Part shown: positions 7,767 to 18,538 of the stretch, in pieces
Position numbering within the stretch: position 1 is the stretch's first letter
Layout of the letters: every line of letters starts with the position of its first letter
Source: a virus
Strand: one strand, 5' to 3'
IMG/VR virus record: IMGVR_UViG_3300007734_000758
Length of the DNA stretch: 64,000 bases
Position numbers and translations under genes: made by a program
Notes under the pieces: model-generated
What the model was told of the DNA's origin: nothing
Seen by the model: only the letters and a program-made list of their open reading frames with translations
Database searches by the model: none

Positions 7767-10685
7767 TTATCCCGATACATTCCATCCTTTGCCCGTAGCA
7801 ATAGCAGGATTGTCATTGGCAGTACCCCAGTTACCTGTCACTGTAATAATAGGTGATCCCGTAACGGTAGCTAAATTTGTATATATTTCATTTAATTGAT
7901 CTGGACCTAATGAAAGGTTAGCGTATGAAATCGCAGCTGCAGTTCCCGTTATACGTGAACGTTTAAGGGAAGATACCGTAAAAAACATATTTGTAAATGT
8001 AGTACCCGCAGATACATTCAACGCAGGAATCTCTGATATCGACCGACAGCCATTAAACATAAGAGAAAAATTCGTACCAGCAGCTGTATTAAATGCCGGT
8101 ATATACGTCAACGACGAACAACCACTAAACATAGAACTAAACAACGTGCATTTCGCGGTATTAAATTTTGGAACATACGCCAATGATGTACAATTAAGAA
8201 ACATTTGGTCTACGGTCGTAGCATTACCTAAATCTAACATAGGTGTTGTTTGCAGTGAAGAACACCCACTAAACATCGATGAAAAGTTAGTTCCCTGTGA
8301 GGTATTAAATGGTGGAATTGATTGTAATCCACTGCAGGTATTGAACATAGAACTAAAGTTAGTCCCCGCGGATGTATCAAATAATTCTAATGTTTTCAAT
8401 GAACTGCACCCACTAAACATTGAAGTAAAGTTAGTAACTTTAGGTGTTCTTAGTGCCGGAACACGTATCAATGATTGACAATTTATGAATGCTGATGCGA
8501 GTGATGTGGCACTGCTAAAATTAAATGCAGGTATTGTCCGCAACGAATGCATAGTAGAAAACGTCGTAGTAAACGTCGTACCTCGAGAAGTATCAAATTT
8601 TGGTAAGGATTTTATCGAAACGGCAGAACTAAACGCATTTGACCAATCAGTAACTGCAGATGTATCAAATAACGGTATCTGTCTTAAACTATAACAGTTC
8701 TGAAACGTATTACTCAAGGATGTAACCCTAAATGAATTAGTGAGTAAAGGTAGTTTTTCTATAGAATAACATGAACCAAACGCAGATCCCAATGTTGTGC
8801 ATGATGATAAATCCAGCGTTTCAGGCAAATCGACTAGGGAATAACAATTGCTGAATGTAGCACTAAACGAAGTAACTAACGATGTGTTACCCACAAATCG
8901 AATCGATTTTAGCTGGGTACATGAGCCAAACGCGGAAGCTAACGTAGTACACCTACTAACATCGATAGGCGGTAAATCAATTAAAGACCGACAACTACTA
9001 AACATGGTGCTACCATCAACCGGTCGTATTTGAGCACGTACACTGCGCAGATTGAAACAATTACCAAATGCAGCCTGCCAGGTACTTACATTATTAGAAT
9101 TAAGCAGTGTTACCGTTTCTAAGTCATTACACCCACTAAACATACTCGTTACGTTAGTAACATTAGTACAATCTAATGCAGGTACGCGTCGTAAGTTAGT
9201 ACAGTTTTGGAACGTTCCAGAAAACGATGTTGCGGAAGTAGTTGGTAGCTGTACTACTTCTATTAAATTAGATGCCCCGCGGAATCTACTAACATAAGAA
9301 CTAACTGCGTTCGTACCTACAAACTCAAAACGCTTTAACATAAATGAATTGTATCCGCTGGTAGCGCTATCACAAACACTCAACGTACTAATATTCGAAC
9401 CGGCCATGCGAATATCAATCCATCCATTAGTTAGTGTGTTTACTAACGGTAATGAACCGGTCGGTAGGGTCGGCCTTGCGGTATTGAAGGTTACTGATGT
9501 AAGATTTACTCCAGATCCAGAAGGTGTAACTGTAATTAGCACTGGTTTATATCCTTCCGGCGTGACTGAACTAGATAATGCATTAAAGGATGAAGTGGTG
9601 TATTGCCTTTGTGCCACTGCGTTGGATGCGTGATTACTCACAGTACCGTCGCCCCAATCAACAGTAAATGCTCCTTGTACCTGAATGGTGGCAAAATTCG
9701 AATTGTTATTGTATACAGCATACCACCCAACTATCTTTTGATCTCCCGGATTGACCGGTGGTAAATCTGGCAATCCTGCTATCGTTACATCCGGTGCAGT
9801 AGAATATCTCGTAGATCCAGAATTAATAACACTTATTGAGCCTACCTGAGTACCCACTAACGAAGCAGTAACCGATGCATCGTAATATAATCCATCAACC
9901 GTAATATCTGGAGGTCTCGTGTATCCGCTTCCCGAATTCGTTATTGTTATTGAACTTAATCCTGCTGCTATTGAGGCTGATATTATCGATCCGGATCCAC
10001 CACCTCCCGTTACGGCGATAGTAGGCGCGCTAATATATCCATATCCAGATTCAAGTATAGGAATAGCTAGTGCAGTAATTACCGGATTTCCTCCGGTAAA
10101 TGTGATGGTGGGGTAGTTACTACCACCTCTGTAATTACTACCCGTATTATGAATAGTTATTCCGGTAACTTGTCCTCCCGCTATTGATGCAGAACCGATC
10201 GCAGTAACGCCGGTAACGCCGTTTGCGGTTATGGGGGCAGAAAAAGACACGGAAGGTACAGTCTGATATCCAAATCCTGGATGTGATATATATGTTGACT
10301 TAATATAGTAGAGTGGTTCTACAGATATGACCGATTGAGCAGTAATAGATGATACATACCCGTTAGCGCCGGTGCCACCACCTCCCGAAAAACTTAAAGT
10401 AGGCGCCGTTGTATAACCGCCACCACCTGAATATAAAATTAATGATACTACACTACCATTTGACAACGCAGCAGTTGCAAGAGATCCTGAACCGTTTCCT
10501 GAAGAGCCGGTAGCTGGTAGATTGGGTGTTACTGGTGCTGGTGTACTTACAAAATTATTCGGCTGTGCATATATATCATCTTTATTGTATGCACGTATTA
10601 GGCTATGTTGTTGTAATCCTATCACTCCGTTGGTATCATCCCAACGATTTTTACCTATATATCCATTATTTTGACGTCTTGCCAT
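7767..10685 (-). CDS. Tail fibre/adhesin with GxGY repeats and C-terminal BspA/DUF285-like leucine-rich repeats
   Basis: Repeated G(S/G)GYTxxPT units, then many ~23-aa xFxTSxxTxFSSMFxxCxSL repeats. Confidence 0.75.
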   Translation of the reverse strand: MARRQNNGYIGKNRWDDTNGVIGLQQHSLIRAYNKDDIYAQPNNFVSTPAPVTPNLPATGSSGNGSGSLATAALSNGSVVSLILYSGGGGYTTAPTLSFSGGGGTGANGYVSSITAQSVISVEPLYYIKSTYISHPGFGYQTVPSVSFSAPITANGVTGVTAIGSASIAGGQVTGITIHNTGSNYRGGSNYPTITFTGGNPVITALAIPILESGYGYISAPTIAVTGGGGSGSIISASIAAGLSSITITNSGSGYTRPPDITVDGLYYDASVTASLVGTQVGSISVINSGSTRYSTAPDVTIAGLPDLPPVNPGDQKIVGWYAVYNNNSNFATIQVQGAFTVDWGDGTVSNHASNAVAQRQYTTSSFNALSSSVTPEGYKPVLITVTPSGSGVNLTSVTFNTARPTLPTGSLPLVNTLTNGWIDIRMAGSNISTLSVCDSATSGYNSFMLKRFEFVGTNAVSSYVSRFRGASNLIEVVQLPTTSATSFSGTFQNCTNLRRVPALDCTNVTNVTSMFSGCNDLETVTLLNSNNVSTWQAAFGNCFNLRSVRAQIRPVDGSTMFSSCRSLIDLPPIDVSRCTTLASAFGSCTQLKSIRFVGNTSLVTSFSATFSNCYSLVDLPETLDLSSCTTLGSAFGSCYSIEKLPLLTNSFRVTSLSNTFQNCYSLRQIPLFDTSAVTDWSNAFSSAVSIKSLPKFDTSRGTTFTTTFSTMHSLRTIPAFNFSSATSLASAFINCQSLIRVPALRTPKVTNFTSMFSGCSSLKTLELFDTSAGTNFSSMFNTCSGLQSIPPFNTSQGTNFSSMFSGCSSLQTTPMLDLGNATTVDQMFLNCTSLAYVPKFNTAKCTLFSSMFSGCSSLTYIPAFNTAAGTNFSLMFNGCRSISEIPALNVSAGTTFTNMFFTVSSLKRSRITGTAAAISYANLSLGPDQLNEIYTNLATVTGSPIITVTGNWGTANDNPAIATGKGWNVSG

Positions 10686-10698
10686 ATAACAAAATTTC

Positions 10699-12495
10699 CT
10701 ATATTAAGAACCAAGTATAAGCTTCCACTACTGTCGTGTCTGCAGTTGCAGTTATTCCCGTTAAACCGGAACCATTTCCAAAGAATGAACCGCTAAATGA
10801 CCCGGAGTATCCTCCCGTAGCACTAATGGATCCGGTCACAATTAAACTACCAGATATAATTGCACTTCCGGTGTACGGAAATGCAGTACCAGTACCTCCC
10901 GTAGAATTTATAGTAACGGCACCAACGCCACTAACTGGCGATATTGAAATATTAGTACCGGGTATTATTTGTGTTACTCCGCCATTCAATGCATATGAGG
11001 CCGTGGTTGCAAACGATGCCGATAACACCTGCATACTCGAAGTCTGGGACGTTAGAACATATGAAGAGGTGGCAGCATTCAATGCTATAATTGACGATTC
11101 AACTGTCGTGATTCTGTTACTGAATCCACCACTCACTGAAGTAAAGGCGCCGCTAATATCAGTTGCTATCTGGGCTGAACTACTTAATAGGGTTGGTTGA
11201 TTAGCAATGTTTGAATACAGCACATATGATGCGCTCGTTGCATTAGTAACATTATTTACGGTAATCGGAAACGTACTGTTATTTCCTTTCGTAAATGTTA
11301 TAGTTGCATTTGATACTGATGCGGTAATCAATAAACTTCCAGTGTCTACCGTAGCAGTCGATGCATTTAACGCATAACTCGCAGTCAATGCAAATGAACT
11401 ACTAACTGCATTTAATATATACGAGGCAGTAGTTGCGAATGACGCCGACAACACTCGCATACTACCGGTTTGTGATGCTAAAATATATGATGCAGTGGCG
11501 GCATTCAATGTTACAATCGACGCTTCAACAGATGTAATCCTAGAACTTAAACTGCTACTCGTTGCATTTATTGCCCCGCTTATATCAGTTGCTATTTGGG
11601 CTGAACTACTGATTAGTGTCGGTTTGTTGCTAACATTTGAATATAAAATATAGGATGCGGTCGTTGCCAGTGAAGCTGATAATACGGACATGCTCGATGT
11701 CTGTGATGCTAAAATATATGATGCCGTGGCAGCAGTTATCGATACTAACGATCCTTCTGTCACGGTTATACGTGAACTTAAACTACCGCTAACACTAGAA
11801 AATGCACCAGTTATATCGGTTGCAATCTGCGCAGAACTGCTTAGTAGGGTAGGTCGATTGGCAATATTCGCATATTGTATATATGAAGCTGATACTGCAT
11901 TACTTGACCAACTCGATGTTCCCTGCAGACTTCCGGTAAACCCGTTAGTACCAACAACACTACCACTAAATATAGCAAGACCAATATTAGTAAATGTATT
12001 AGAACTGCTTACAATCAGCGAACCCGTAATTATTACGGTTTGATTTAATGGGTTGACATATGAAGCAGTCAATGCAGACGATGCGGCATCGGCATTGGTT
12101 GAATAAGATGCGCTTACCGCATTCAATACATAACTAGCAGTCTGTGCTAAAGTTATATAAGAAGCGGTCACTGAATAATTCGACCAACTGCTAGTCCCAA
12201 ATAAACTACTAGTAACACCGCCGGTGACATTTAATGTCCCGGATATTATTTGGTTACCGATAAAAGTATTAGATCCAGTAATTGCAAACGACCCGGTATC
12301 AACACTAACACCATCCTGTCCACGTTCCCCACGCGGACCCTGCGGACCAATAGTAGAAACAGTAACTACGGATACTTCCGGCTGCACTACTGTAACATCA
12401 CGTTGTTCGGGAGTTCCAGTAATAATAACCTGACGGTCTGTATTCTGTAACTGTACCGTATTGGAAGTTTGGTTTACGTTAACGTAATTAGACAT
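10699..12495 (-). CDS. Tail fibre protein with internal repeats
   Basis: Short collagen stretch GPQGPRGERGQDG; three ~80-aa repeats containing PTLxSSSAQIATDIxGA. Confidence 0.7.
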   Translation of the reverse strand: MSNYVNVNQTSNTVQLQNTDRQVIITGTPEQRDVTVVQPEVSVVTVSTIGPQGPRGERGQDGVSVDTGSFAITGSNTFIGNQIISGTLNVTGGVTSSLFGTSSWSNYSVTASYITLAQTASYVLNAVSASYSTNADAASSALTASYVNPLNQTVIITGSLIVSSSNTFTNIGLAIFSGSVVGTNGFTGSLQGTSSWSSNAVSASYIQYANIANRPTLLSSSAQIATDITGAFSSVSGSLSSRITVTEGSLVSITAATASYILASQTSSMSVLSASLATTASYILYSNVSNKPTLISSSAQIATDISGAINATSSSLSSRITSVEASIVTLNAATASYILASQTGSMRVLSASFATTASYILNAVSSSFALTASYALNASTATVDTGSLLITASVSNATITFTKGNNSTFPITVNNVTNATSASYVLYSNIANQPTLLSSSAQIATDISGAFTSVSGGFSNRITTVESSIIALNAATSSYVLTSQTSSMQVLSASFATTASYALNGGVTQIIPGTNISISPVSGVGAVTINSTGGTGTAFPYTGSAIISGSLIVTGSISATGGYSGSFSGSFFGNGSGLTGITATADTTVVEAYTWFLI

Positions 12496-12496
12496 T

Positions 12497-12877
12497 TTAT
12501 CTAGTTACCTCTTTGCTGAGTTTTACTTTTCCCTCAATTAACCTGGTTACTGTACTACCCGAAACTAACTCTAAATCATATACACCTTCATTGAATGTAA
12601 ACAGTGATGAAGTGGTGGCAGAAATATATACTCCAATTGAACCGGATGATAATGGTTTAGTTCCAGAAGAACCACTCAAGTTTAATCCGGTCCCATCTGC
12701 AGTTAAGGTTGAAGTCAATGATGCAATTGTTGTAGTAGAATCTACACTAGAACGGATCTGCATCCTCGCAGTATATCCAGTCAAATCAATTGGAGTACCT
12801 GCAGAATCTTTATACTGCAACTCAAAACTTAAAGTCGCACCCTGCTCAATTAAAAAAGAGTATTTTCCCGCTGCCAT
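12497..12877 (-). CDS. Tail-fibre attachment / Ig-like beta-sandwich protein
   Basis: IEQGAT...DLTGYTARMQIR...GVYDLEL...RLIEG pattern typical of phage fibre-anchoring domains. Confidence 0.6.
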   Translation of the reverse strand: MAAGKYSFLIEQGATLSFELQYKDSAGTPIDLTGYTARMQIRSSVDSTTTIASLTSTLTADGTGLNLSGSSGTKPLSSGSIGVYISATTSSLFTFNEGVYDLELVSGSTVTRLIEGKVKLSKEVTR

Positions 12878-12896
12878 TTACTATAAATATTTGTAA

Positions 12897-13556
12897 TTAA
12901 TATTTATTGCTCAACAGCCTGAATATATCATCCAATGCAGGATGCCTGTGATTGTCTTTTAGAATGATTTCCGAACAATACTCGCTACTTCGCAATTTCG
13001 GTATTTCGTGAATTGCAGAATCATTATCGTATTTCAAATCAATCTGTTCTAGGTCACCGCAGAAAATCATCATACTTCCTTTACCTAACCTCGATACTGC
13101 CATTGCGAATTGTTGCTTTGTTAAGTTCTGAAACTCATCAATAATACAAACAGCATTCTCGAAAGTACGACCTCGGAAGTGTGTAAGTGAAACCAGCTCG
13201 ATTGATTGTTCCGTTTCCATCTTTTCCAATATTGGAGGCACATTATATACCTTACGCATATTGTCTCGTATCGGAACTAGCCATGGTTCCATTTTCTCTT
13301 TCTCAGTACCTGGCAAAAATCCGTTATCTTCGGTAGCAACAGTTGGTCTAGTAATTACAATTTTATTGATTTCCCGTTTAAAGAAAAGATCCAATGCGAT
13401 GGCACACGCTAAAAGCGTCTTACCACTACCTGCCTTCCCCAATACGAAGCTGATAGGATGCCTTAATATAATTTCCTTCGCAACTTTTTGCTCTTCGCTC
13501 AAGGTAACTGAGAGCTTCACAGGACCCTTAGGGATCCGTTTCTCCTTATTCTCCAT
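12897..13556 (-). CDS. phoH: PhoH-family ATPase
   Basis: GKAGSGKT, ITRP, GFLPG, RGRTF, DEFQN, RLG, GDxxQxD. Confidence 0.93.
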   Translation of the reverse strand: MENKEKRIPKGPVKLSVTLSEEQKVAKEIILRHPISFVLGKAGSGKTLLACAIALDLFFKREINKIVITRPTVATEDNGFLPGTEKEKMEPWLVPIRDNMRKVYNVPPILEKMETEQSIELVSLTHFRGRTFENAVCIIDEFQNLTKQQFAMAVSRLGKGSMMIFCGDLEQIDLKYDNDSAIHEIPKLRSSEYCSEIILKDNHRHPALDDIFRLLSNKY

Positions 13557-13615
13557 ACATCAATAAATATCTAATAATACGGAGTTTTCTTGATATACTT
13601 GAAGTATAGGGTATG

Positions 13616-13645
13616 AAAAAAGGGAGTATTTCTACTCCCCTTTTT
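13616..13645 (-). terminator. Intrinsic terminator after tail sheath
   Basis: GGGAGTA-GAAA-TACTCCC followed by TTTTTT on the - strand. Confidence 0.85.
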
Positions 13646-13661
13646 ATGTTTCTATAGGTAA

Positions 13662-15458
13662 TTATTCGCCTGGGAAGGTTGCACCAGTCGGTTGAACTAT
13701 GAAGTCCACAATGATGAATTCAGCGGTCTTGGCAGGCTGTAAATAAATCGCTCCACGCAATTCATTACGGTCAACTACATCCGGAGTATTATTGGTTTCA
13801 TCCATAATAACTTTGAATGCATATAAACCCTGACGCTGCTGAACGCTCTCGAAATAAGGATTCACAATAGAAAGGAACCTATTACGAGTTGCAGCAGTAT
13901 TGTTCTCGAATACCAGGAAGCGACTTGTACTTGCAACAAATTTCTTAGCCGCAATCAGCAACCTACGAACATTAATCCTGTCTAATGCAGATGATTTCTT
14001 CTGCAAGGTCTTCTGACCATACACTACAACACCTGAACCAGGGAAAGTAGCAATTGGATTCACATTTGCATCATATAATGTGTCACGGTTGTTTTGAGTC
14101 AATTTCCTCTCGGCCTGGATGGCGATATCAATACCGCCACGATTTAAACCTGCAGGAGCAAACCATTCAGCGGACACTCGGTCATTGAATGCATAGATAC
14201 CAGGAATCAGAGTTGAAGCCGGCACCCAAACGTTCCTTCCTAAATCAGGATCAGGTATTTGGATCCATGGCCAATACATAGCAGCATAGCTAGTATCACG
14301 GTCATCTGCTTCTTGTGTTGCTGAGGTAATCGTGCTTCCGTATTGAACCGGATCAATTACATAAAATGCATCACCGCGGTTTTGAACCATATTCAATGCT
14401 GTGGTAATTTGTGTTGCATGTGCAGTGATATCATCTAATAAACCCGGAGTAACTAACAGGTTAATATCATATTCATCCTGGTTAGCTAACAGGTTAACTG
14501 CGTCTGCATATACGGTAGCAGCAACACCCTGAGTGTTTGTACTGTCTATCGTTTCAAAATATTTAGCCGGATGGCTCAATGCACCATCAGCACCAAACGC
14601 AAACGTTCCAGAAACTGCTGCAGGTAATGAAGCTAAATAGGTAGCATCAGATACATTACCGTTATTATCTAAGAAGTTATACGTGGTTTTATTTACTGCA
14701 ACGCGAACATATGCACTCTTATTGGGATATGAACCACTTAATTGCAGATAAGGTTGATCTGTTCCTACATCTGCTAAAGTGTATACTTGGTCACCAATTC
14801 TACGTGCAATGTATGAGGGTGAATTAGGATCTAATGAAAGATTTGACCACGTTTCTAAAATAGTTTTGCTAGTATTAGTATCATCTCCACGACGAATAAC
14901 TAAGGTAAATGTACCTTTAGCTTCATTCACATTGGAAATTTCCCAACGTAAATTATCGGTAGAACCTGAAACTAAAATACCATTGGTACTTTGATCGGCA
15001 CCTGAACCGGTACCACGCGTGGATGCACCCTGTTGTCCAGAATTTAAAATAGTGCCATCTGCTAGGGTATACAATGTAAACGAAGCACCATCTGAAGCTG
15101 AACCATATGTTGCCGGATTTGTAACAGATCCGGATGAAGCAACATTACTATATGCTTTTGCATATCCTGCTCCCATTACGCGCACTACCGTTACACTAGT
15201 AGCATTCTTTAAATACTGTTCAACTGCATAACTAGTAAGGTACTTGTATGAACGCTTAGTAGCGCCAGAACCACTAGTAAACACATTACCGAATTTCTGT
15301 ATATATTCGGAATAAGAACCTACAACTGTAGGTACAAATGCAGGACCTTTTACGGTAGGGCCGATGATTGCGGCACCGATATTAGCAACACCTGCAGGTA
15401 AAAACGACTGGTCGATCTCATTGGTAAACACACCAGGCGATACAATTTTTTCTGCCAT
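13662..15458 (-). CDS. Contractile tail sheath protein
   Basis: SPGVFTNEID N-terminus, WFAPAGLNRG, YGQKTLQ, DRINVRRL, PAKTAEFI. Confidence 0.95.
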   Translation of the reverse strand: MAEKIVSPGVFTNEIDQSFLPAGVANIGAAIIGPTVKGPAFVPTVVGSYSEYIQKFGNVFTSGSGATKRSYKYLTSYAVEQYLKNATSVTVVRVMGAGYAKAYSNVASSGSVTNPATYGSASDGASFTLYTLADGTILNSGQQGASTRGTGSGADQSTNGILVSGSTDNLRWEISNVNEAKGTFTLVIRRGDDTNTSKTILETWSNLSLDPNSPSYIARRIGDQVYTLADVGTDQPYLQLSGSYPNKSAYVRVAVNKTTYNFLDNNGNVSDATYLASLPAAVSGTFAFGADGALSHPAKYFETIDSTNTQGVAATVYADAVNLLANQDEYDINLLVTPGLLDDITAHATQITTALNMVQNRGDAFYVIDPVQYGSTITSATQEADDRDTSYAAMYWPWIQIPDPDLGRNVWVPASTLIPGIYAFNDRVSAEWFAPAGLNRGGIDIAIQAERKLTQNNRDTLYDANVNPIATFPGSGVVVYGQKTLQKKSSALDRINVRRLLIAAKKFVASTSRFLVFENNTAATRNRFLSIVNPYFESVQQRQGLYAFKVIMDETNNTPDVVDRNELRGAIYLQPAKTAEFIIVDFIVQPTGATFPGE

Positions 15459-15507
15459 TACGATTTATCCTTTTTTTTCTTATAAATATGTAGGATAATC
15501 ACCAAAA

Positions 15508-15783
15508 TTATTTAGTTGGTGTAACTGTTCCAGAACCAATATCAATTGAAACTGGGCCGTACTTTTCGAATAATTCGGTATTGTATTTAGTTTCATTATC
15601 TAAGATTGCATCATATCTCGCATCTAATTTTGCAATCTCATCCATAACTAAACGTAAACGTTTTTCTAAATCAATCCTTTGAATTTGAAGTTGACCGGCA
15701 GTGAATACTAATTCATCACTCTGTCTGCGCAAATCTTCCAAGCGCTGTAATTCTTCTGTAGTTAATTTTACTGGTTCTGACAT
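15508..15783 (-). CDS. Small coiled-coil hypothetical protein
   Basis: 91 aa; ends EKYGPVSIDIGSG; has its own host-type promoter. Confidence 0.55.
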   Translation of the reverse strand: MSEPVKLTTEELQRLEDLRRQSDELVFTAGQLQIQRIDLEKRLRLVMDEIAKLDARYDAILDNETKYNTELFEKYGPVSIDIGSGTVTPTK

Positions 15784-15822
15784 AACATCCTTTTATTTGT
15801 TTGTAATATAACAAATTTTGAT

Positions 15823-16707
15823 CTATTGATCAAATCTTCTGTGAATTTTTTTAAAGTTATCTCCGGTATTATTCGGATAACCTCCCGGGGGCGGATAATC
15901 TACTTGAGAGTTATCTGTCTCGAATTCATTTCCAAACACTACTCGTTTAACAGAGAATGATTTTTGTAAGTTAGAAACTCTATACTCGTATGGTATTAAT
16001 ATCTGTCCCTTAACTTCCAACGCGGAGGTAGCGCGCACTATCCTATCTTCAGCGGCCGTATTCGTCACTTCATAGGAGAAATCTCGTATATGAGTAATAA
16101 ATTTCCAAGTATCGCCCCAAGCATATCCACCTGCAGGTATTAGCATCTCTACAATATTATTCAATTGTTCGGTGTATTCTGCCCATATGTATATCTCGTA
16201 TGATACTAATACATATTCAGGAATTGCTAATGTATAGAATTCTTTCGTGGGTTTTACATTATTTAATATTGAGAAACGATCGTATGTATTATTCTTAGTG
16301 TATTTAGACTGTAAGAACATTACATTCATGTTTTGTTCTTTTCGGAACTGAGGAAGGTTAACATCTAATTTACGCAAGTCATCGCGTTCAGCCATACCCG
16401 TTCTACGTATAGTAATAAGTGGAGTAATCTGCTTTCCCTCCTTATCACGCAAGTATCCATGTTTTTGTACTTGAGCCCAGGTTTCTCCGTTACTGAATAT
16501 TACCGGAACCTCAACAATATTTCCGTTATCAACTATATAGGGACGGATACGTTCACGGATAAACCAATAGATTGCATAATCTATATCATACAATCCAACT
16601 TTAGGCGTTTTTATAGTATCCGTATCTCTACGTATCTCAGTAGCCCTACTAATCTTAGGATCTAAGGATGTACTTGAAAGGGTTCTATTTAATAACGGTT
16701 TTGACAT
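15823..16707 (-). CDS. Tail completion/terminator protein (gp15-like)
   Basis: Position after neck genes; VPVIF...PLITIRR...YEIYIW...EQLNNIVE pattern. Confidence 0.55.
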   Translation of the reverse strand: MSKPLLNRTLSSTSLDPKISRATEIRRDTDTIKTPKVGLYDIDYAIYWFIRERIRPYIVDNGNIVEVPVIFSNGETWAQVQKHGYLRDKEGKQITPLITIRRTGMAERDDLRKLDVNLPQFRKEQNMNVMFLQSKYTKNNTYDRFSILNNVKPTKEFYTLAIPEYVLVSYEIYIWAEYTEQLNNIVEMLIPAGGYAWGDTWKFITHIRDFSYEVTNTAAEDRIVRATSALEVKGQILIPYEYRVSNLQKSFSVKRVVFGNEFETDNSQVDYPPPGGYPNNTGDNFKKIHRRFDQ

Positions 16708-17243
16708 TATAAGTTTTTAGGAACATACCTGTTAATATTATTCCCGGTTCTAAATTCTTGTATATTGAGTTTACTTAATCGTGTCTTATGTGCCTGAACC
16801 AGAACTGATGTATTATAACCAAATTCAGGCGTTTCTGCATAAATAGTACCTAAATGTGTATCTGGATTCTTTCCGGCCCAATATTGGTTATTCTCAACCT
16901 GATCGATTTCAAAGTATTCCATGTTCCAACGAATTATATCTCCCGGGGACATGTATACATTAATTTCAACCAATGAATCACGTAAAAATGAGAACAATGC
17001 AGTCCTGTTATAATCCACACCCAAATCATCAGCACTCGTTACCTTCTCATCTCTCTGTACTAAACAGGATAGCCGTACAGGTCTAAAAAATACTTTCTCA
17101 GAACTTTCCCCGTATAAATTTTCATTGGTATTTTCTAAGGACAGTTTAAAGTATTCAACCTCAGTATCTACATACCGGTTGATCAACTCCTTTGAGAGAC
17201 TTCTAATTAAACTCGCATCGCGGCCCGATCCAAATAATGCCAT
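16707..17243 (-). CDS. Neck/head-closure protein (gp14-like)
   Basis: NLYGE, PGDII, YFEI motifs; synteny. Confidence 0.65.
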   Translation of the reverse strand: MALFGSGRDASLIRSLSKELINRYVDTEVEYFKLSLENTNENLYGESSEKVFFRPVRLSCLVQRDEKVTSADDLGVDYNRTALFSFLRDSLVEINVYMSPGDIIRWNMEYFEIDQVENNQYWAGKNPDTHLGTIYAETPEFGYNTSVLVQAHKTRLSKLNIQEFRTGNNINRYVPKNL

Positions 17244-17246
17244 ATA

Positions 17247-18404
17247 TTATCCTGTATAGATGAATAGCGGCATCTTCACCATTTGATTTTGTAATGCTTC
17301 CGCTTCTGCCTGTTTCCTTTCTAACTGTGCCTGCTTTGACATTGAATCTAACGTTTCACGCAATTCAGTAATCAATGCTTCCTTTTCAGTAGCGCCTTGA
17401 GATACTAAATCAGCACCGTTCAAAGTTATTTCTGAATTAGGAATTGGTAACGATGAATACTTGCCGCGAATCAAACCTAACACTTCTTTGCAGAGTGCCA
17501 ATGTATATTTACGTATCCATTGTTTACCGATATCATTTATCAATGTATACTTTAAGTTGCCGTACGGGATATTACTTGCATCTGATACTAATCCAGGTCC
17601 TCTACGAAGTACATTTCGTTTTTCTGATTTCAGATAATAGTTGAAATATACAGTGAAGTCATATGTAGGAACCGGGAATATCCTAAATCTAGTATTCGAT
17701 AATTGGAATCCATAAGCACTCTTACGGATCATATCATTAAACTCAATACCTTGCAGTCGAAGTACGTCAGCATATAACGGCATCAAGAGATAAGATACAC
17801 CGGGAGAATAATTACCCCAACCAAAGGTATCTAATAACTGCTGTGAACCTAAACCGGTACCTACGAATGGATCGAAATACTTAACAATCGCAGGAGGATT
17901 TTGGTGGAATATCTCACGAATTTCAAATACGTCTGCAGCTACTGAGCCGGTTTCTAAAGTTACAATTGAACTATCAGTTAAATCATATACCTGTTTTCCT
18001 TCAGTAATTGTAATCGATCCGGTATATAACGTTAATGTACCCTCAGCTTCGGCTTCAGTGCCATATGTAGATGCTATATGAAATATACCTTCGAATGAAT
18101 TATCTAATAACCTACCGGTAAAGGATGAACCGGTACTCAATCCTAATACATTAATTAAATTATCACGTGCATTAAATGTATTAATCTGATTTCCGTACTC
18201 GGTGATTGCTTCCTCAAAGCAGGTATAGATATTATCTGCCTGTAATTCGACATCATTAATAGGATAACCAAGCCTAGTAGCTACGAAATCTACTACCTTA
18301 TCGGCATCCTCTTGGAATTTGATTTCATAATCATAAAATCCAAAGGGAGTATCCCCCGGAAAGAATGATGATGAGCCTGGATATATTGGGACGTATACTG
18401 ACAT
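17247..18404 (-). CDS. Neck protein (gp13-like)
   Basis: RLGYPINDVEL, WIRKYTLALCKEVLGLIRGKY, ITLNG. Confidence 0.75.
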   Translation of the reverse strand: MSVYVPIYPGSSSFFPGDTPFGFYDYEIKFQEDADKVVDFVATRLGYPINDVELQADNIYTCFEEAITEYGNQINTFNARDNLINVLGLSTGSSFTGRLLDNSFEGIFHIASTYGTEAEAEGTLTLYTGSITITEGKQVYDLTDSSIVTLETGSVAADVFEIREIFHQNPPAIVKYFDPFVGTGLGSQQLLDTFGWGNYSPGVSYLLMPLYADVLRLQGIEFNDMIRKSAYGFQLSNTRFRIFPVPTYDFTVYFNYYLKSEKRNVLRRGPGLVSDASNIPYGNLKYTLINDIGKQWIRKYTLALCKEVLGLIRGKYSSLPIPNSEITLNGADLVSQGATEKEALITELRETLDSMSKQAQLERKQAEAEALQNQMVKMPLFIYTG

Positions 18405-18453
18405 ACTATTTTATATAAATATCGGTATATGCAGTATTATCAACAATATCCAA

Positions 18454-18516
18454 TTAAACCTCTTCACTCGGTGGAGGTAGTAATTCACCTGGGTATATCG
18501 CTACTATTCGAGGCAT
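18454..18516 (-). pseudogene. 20-codon remnant starting with a copy of the first 10 codons of the 5384-7177 gene
   Basis: MPRIVAIYPGELLPPPSEEV*; 18487-18529 matches 7148-7190 at 41/43 nt. Confidence 0.7.
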
Positions 18517-18538
18517 ATACTATAAATATATTTAACAT

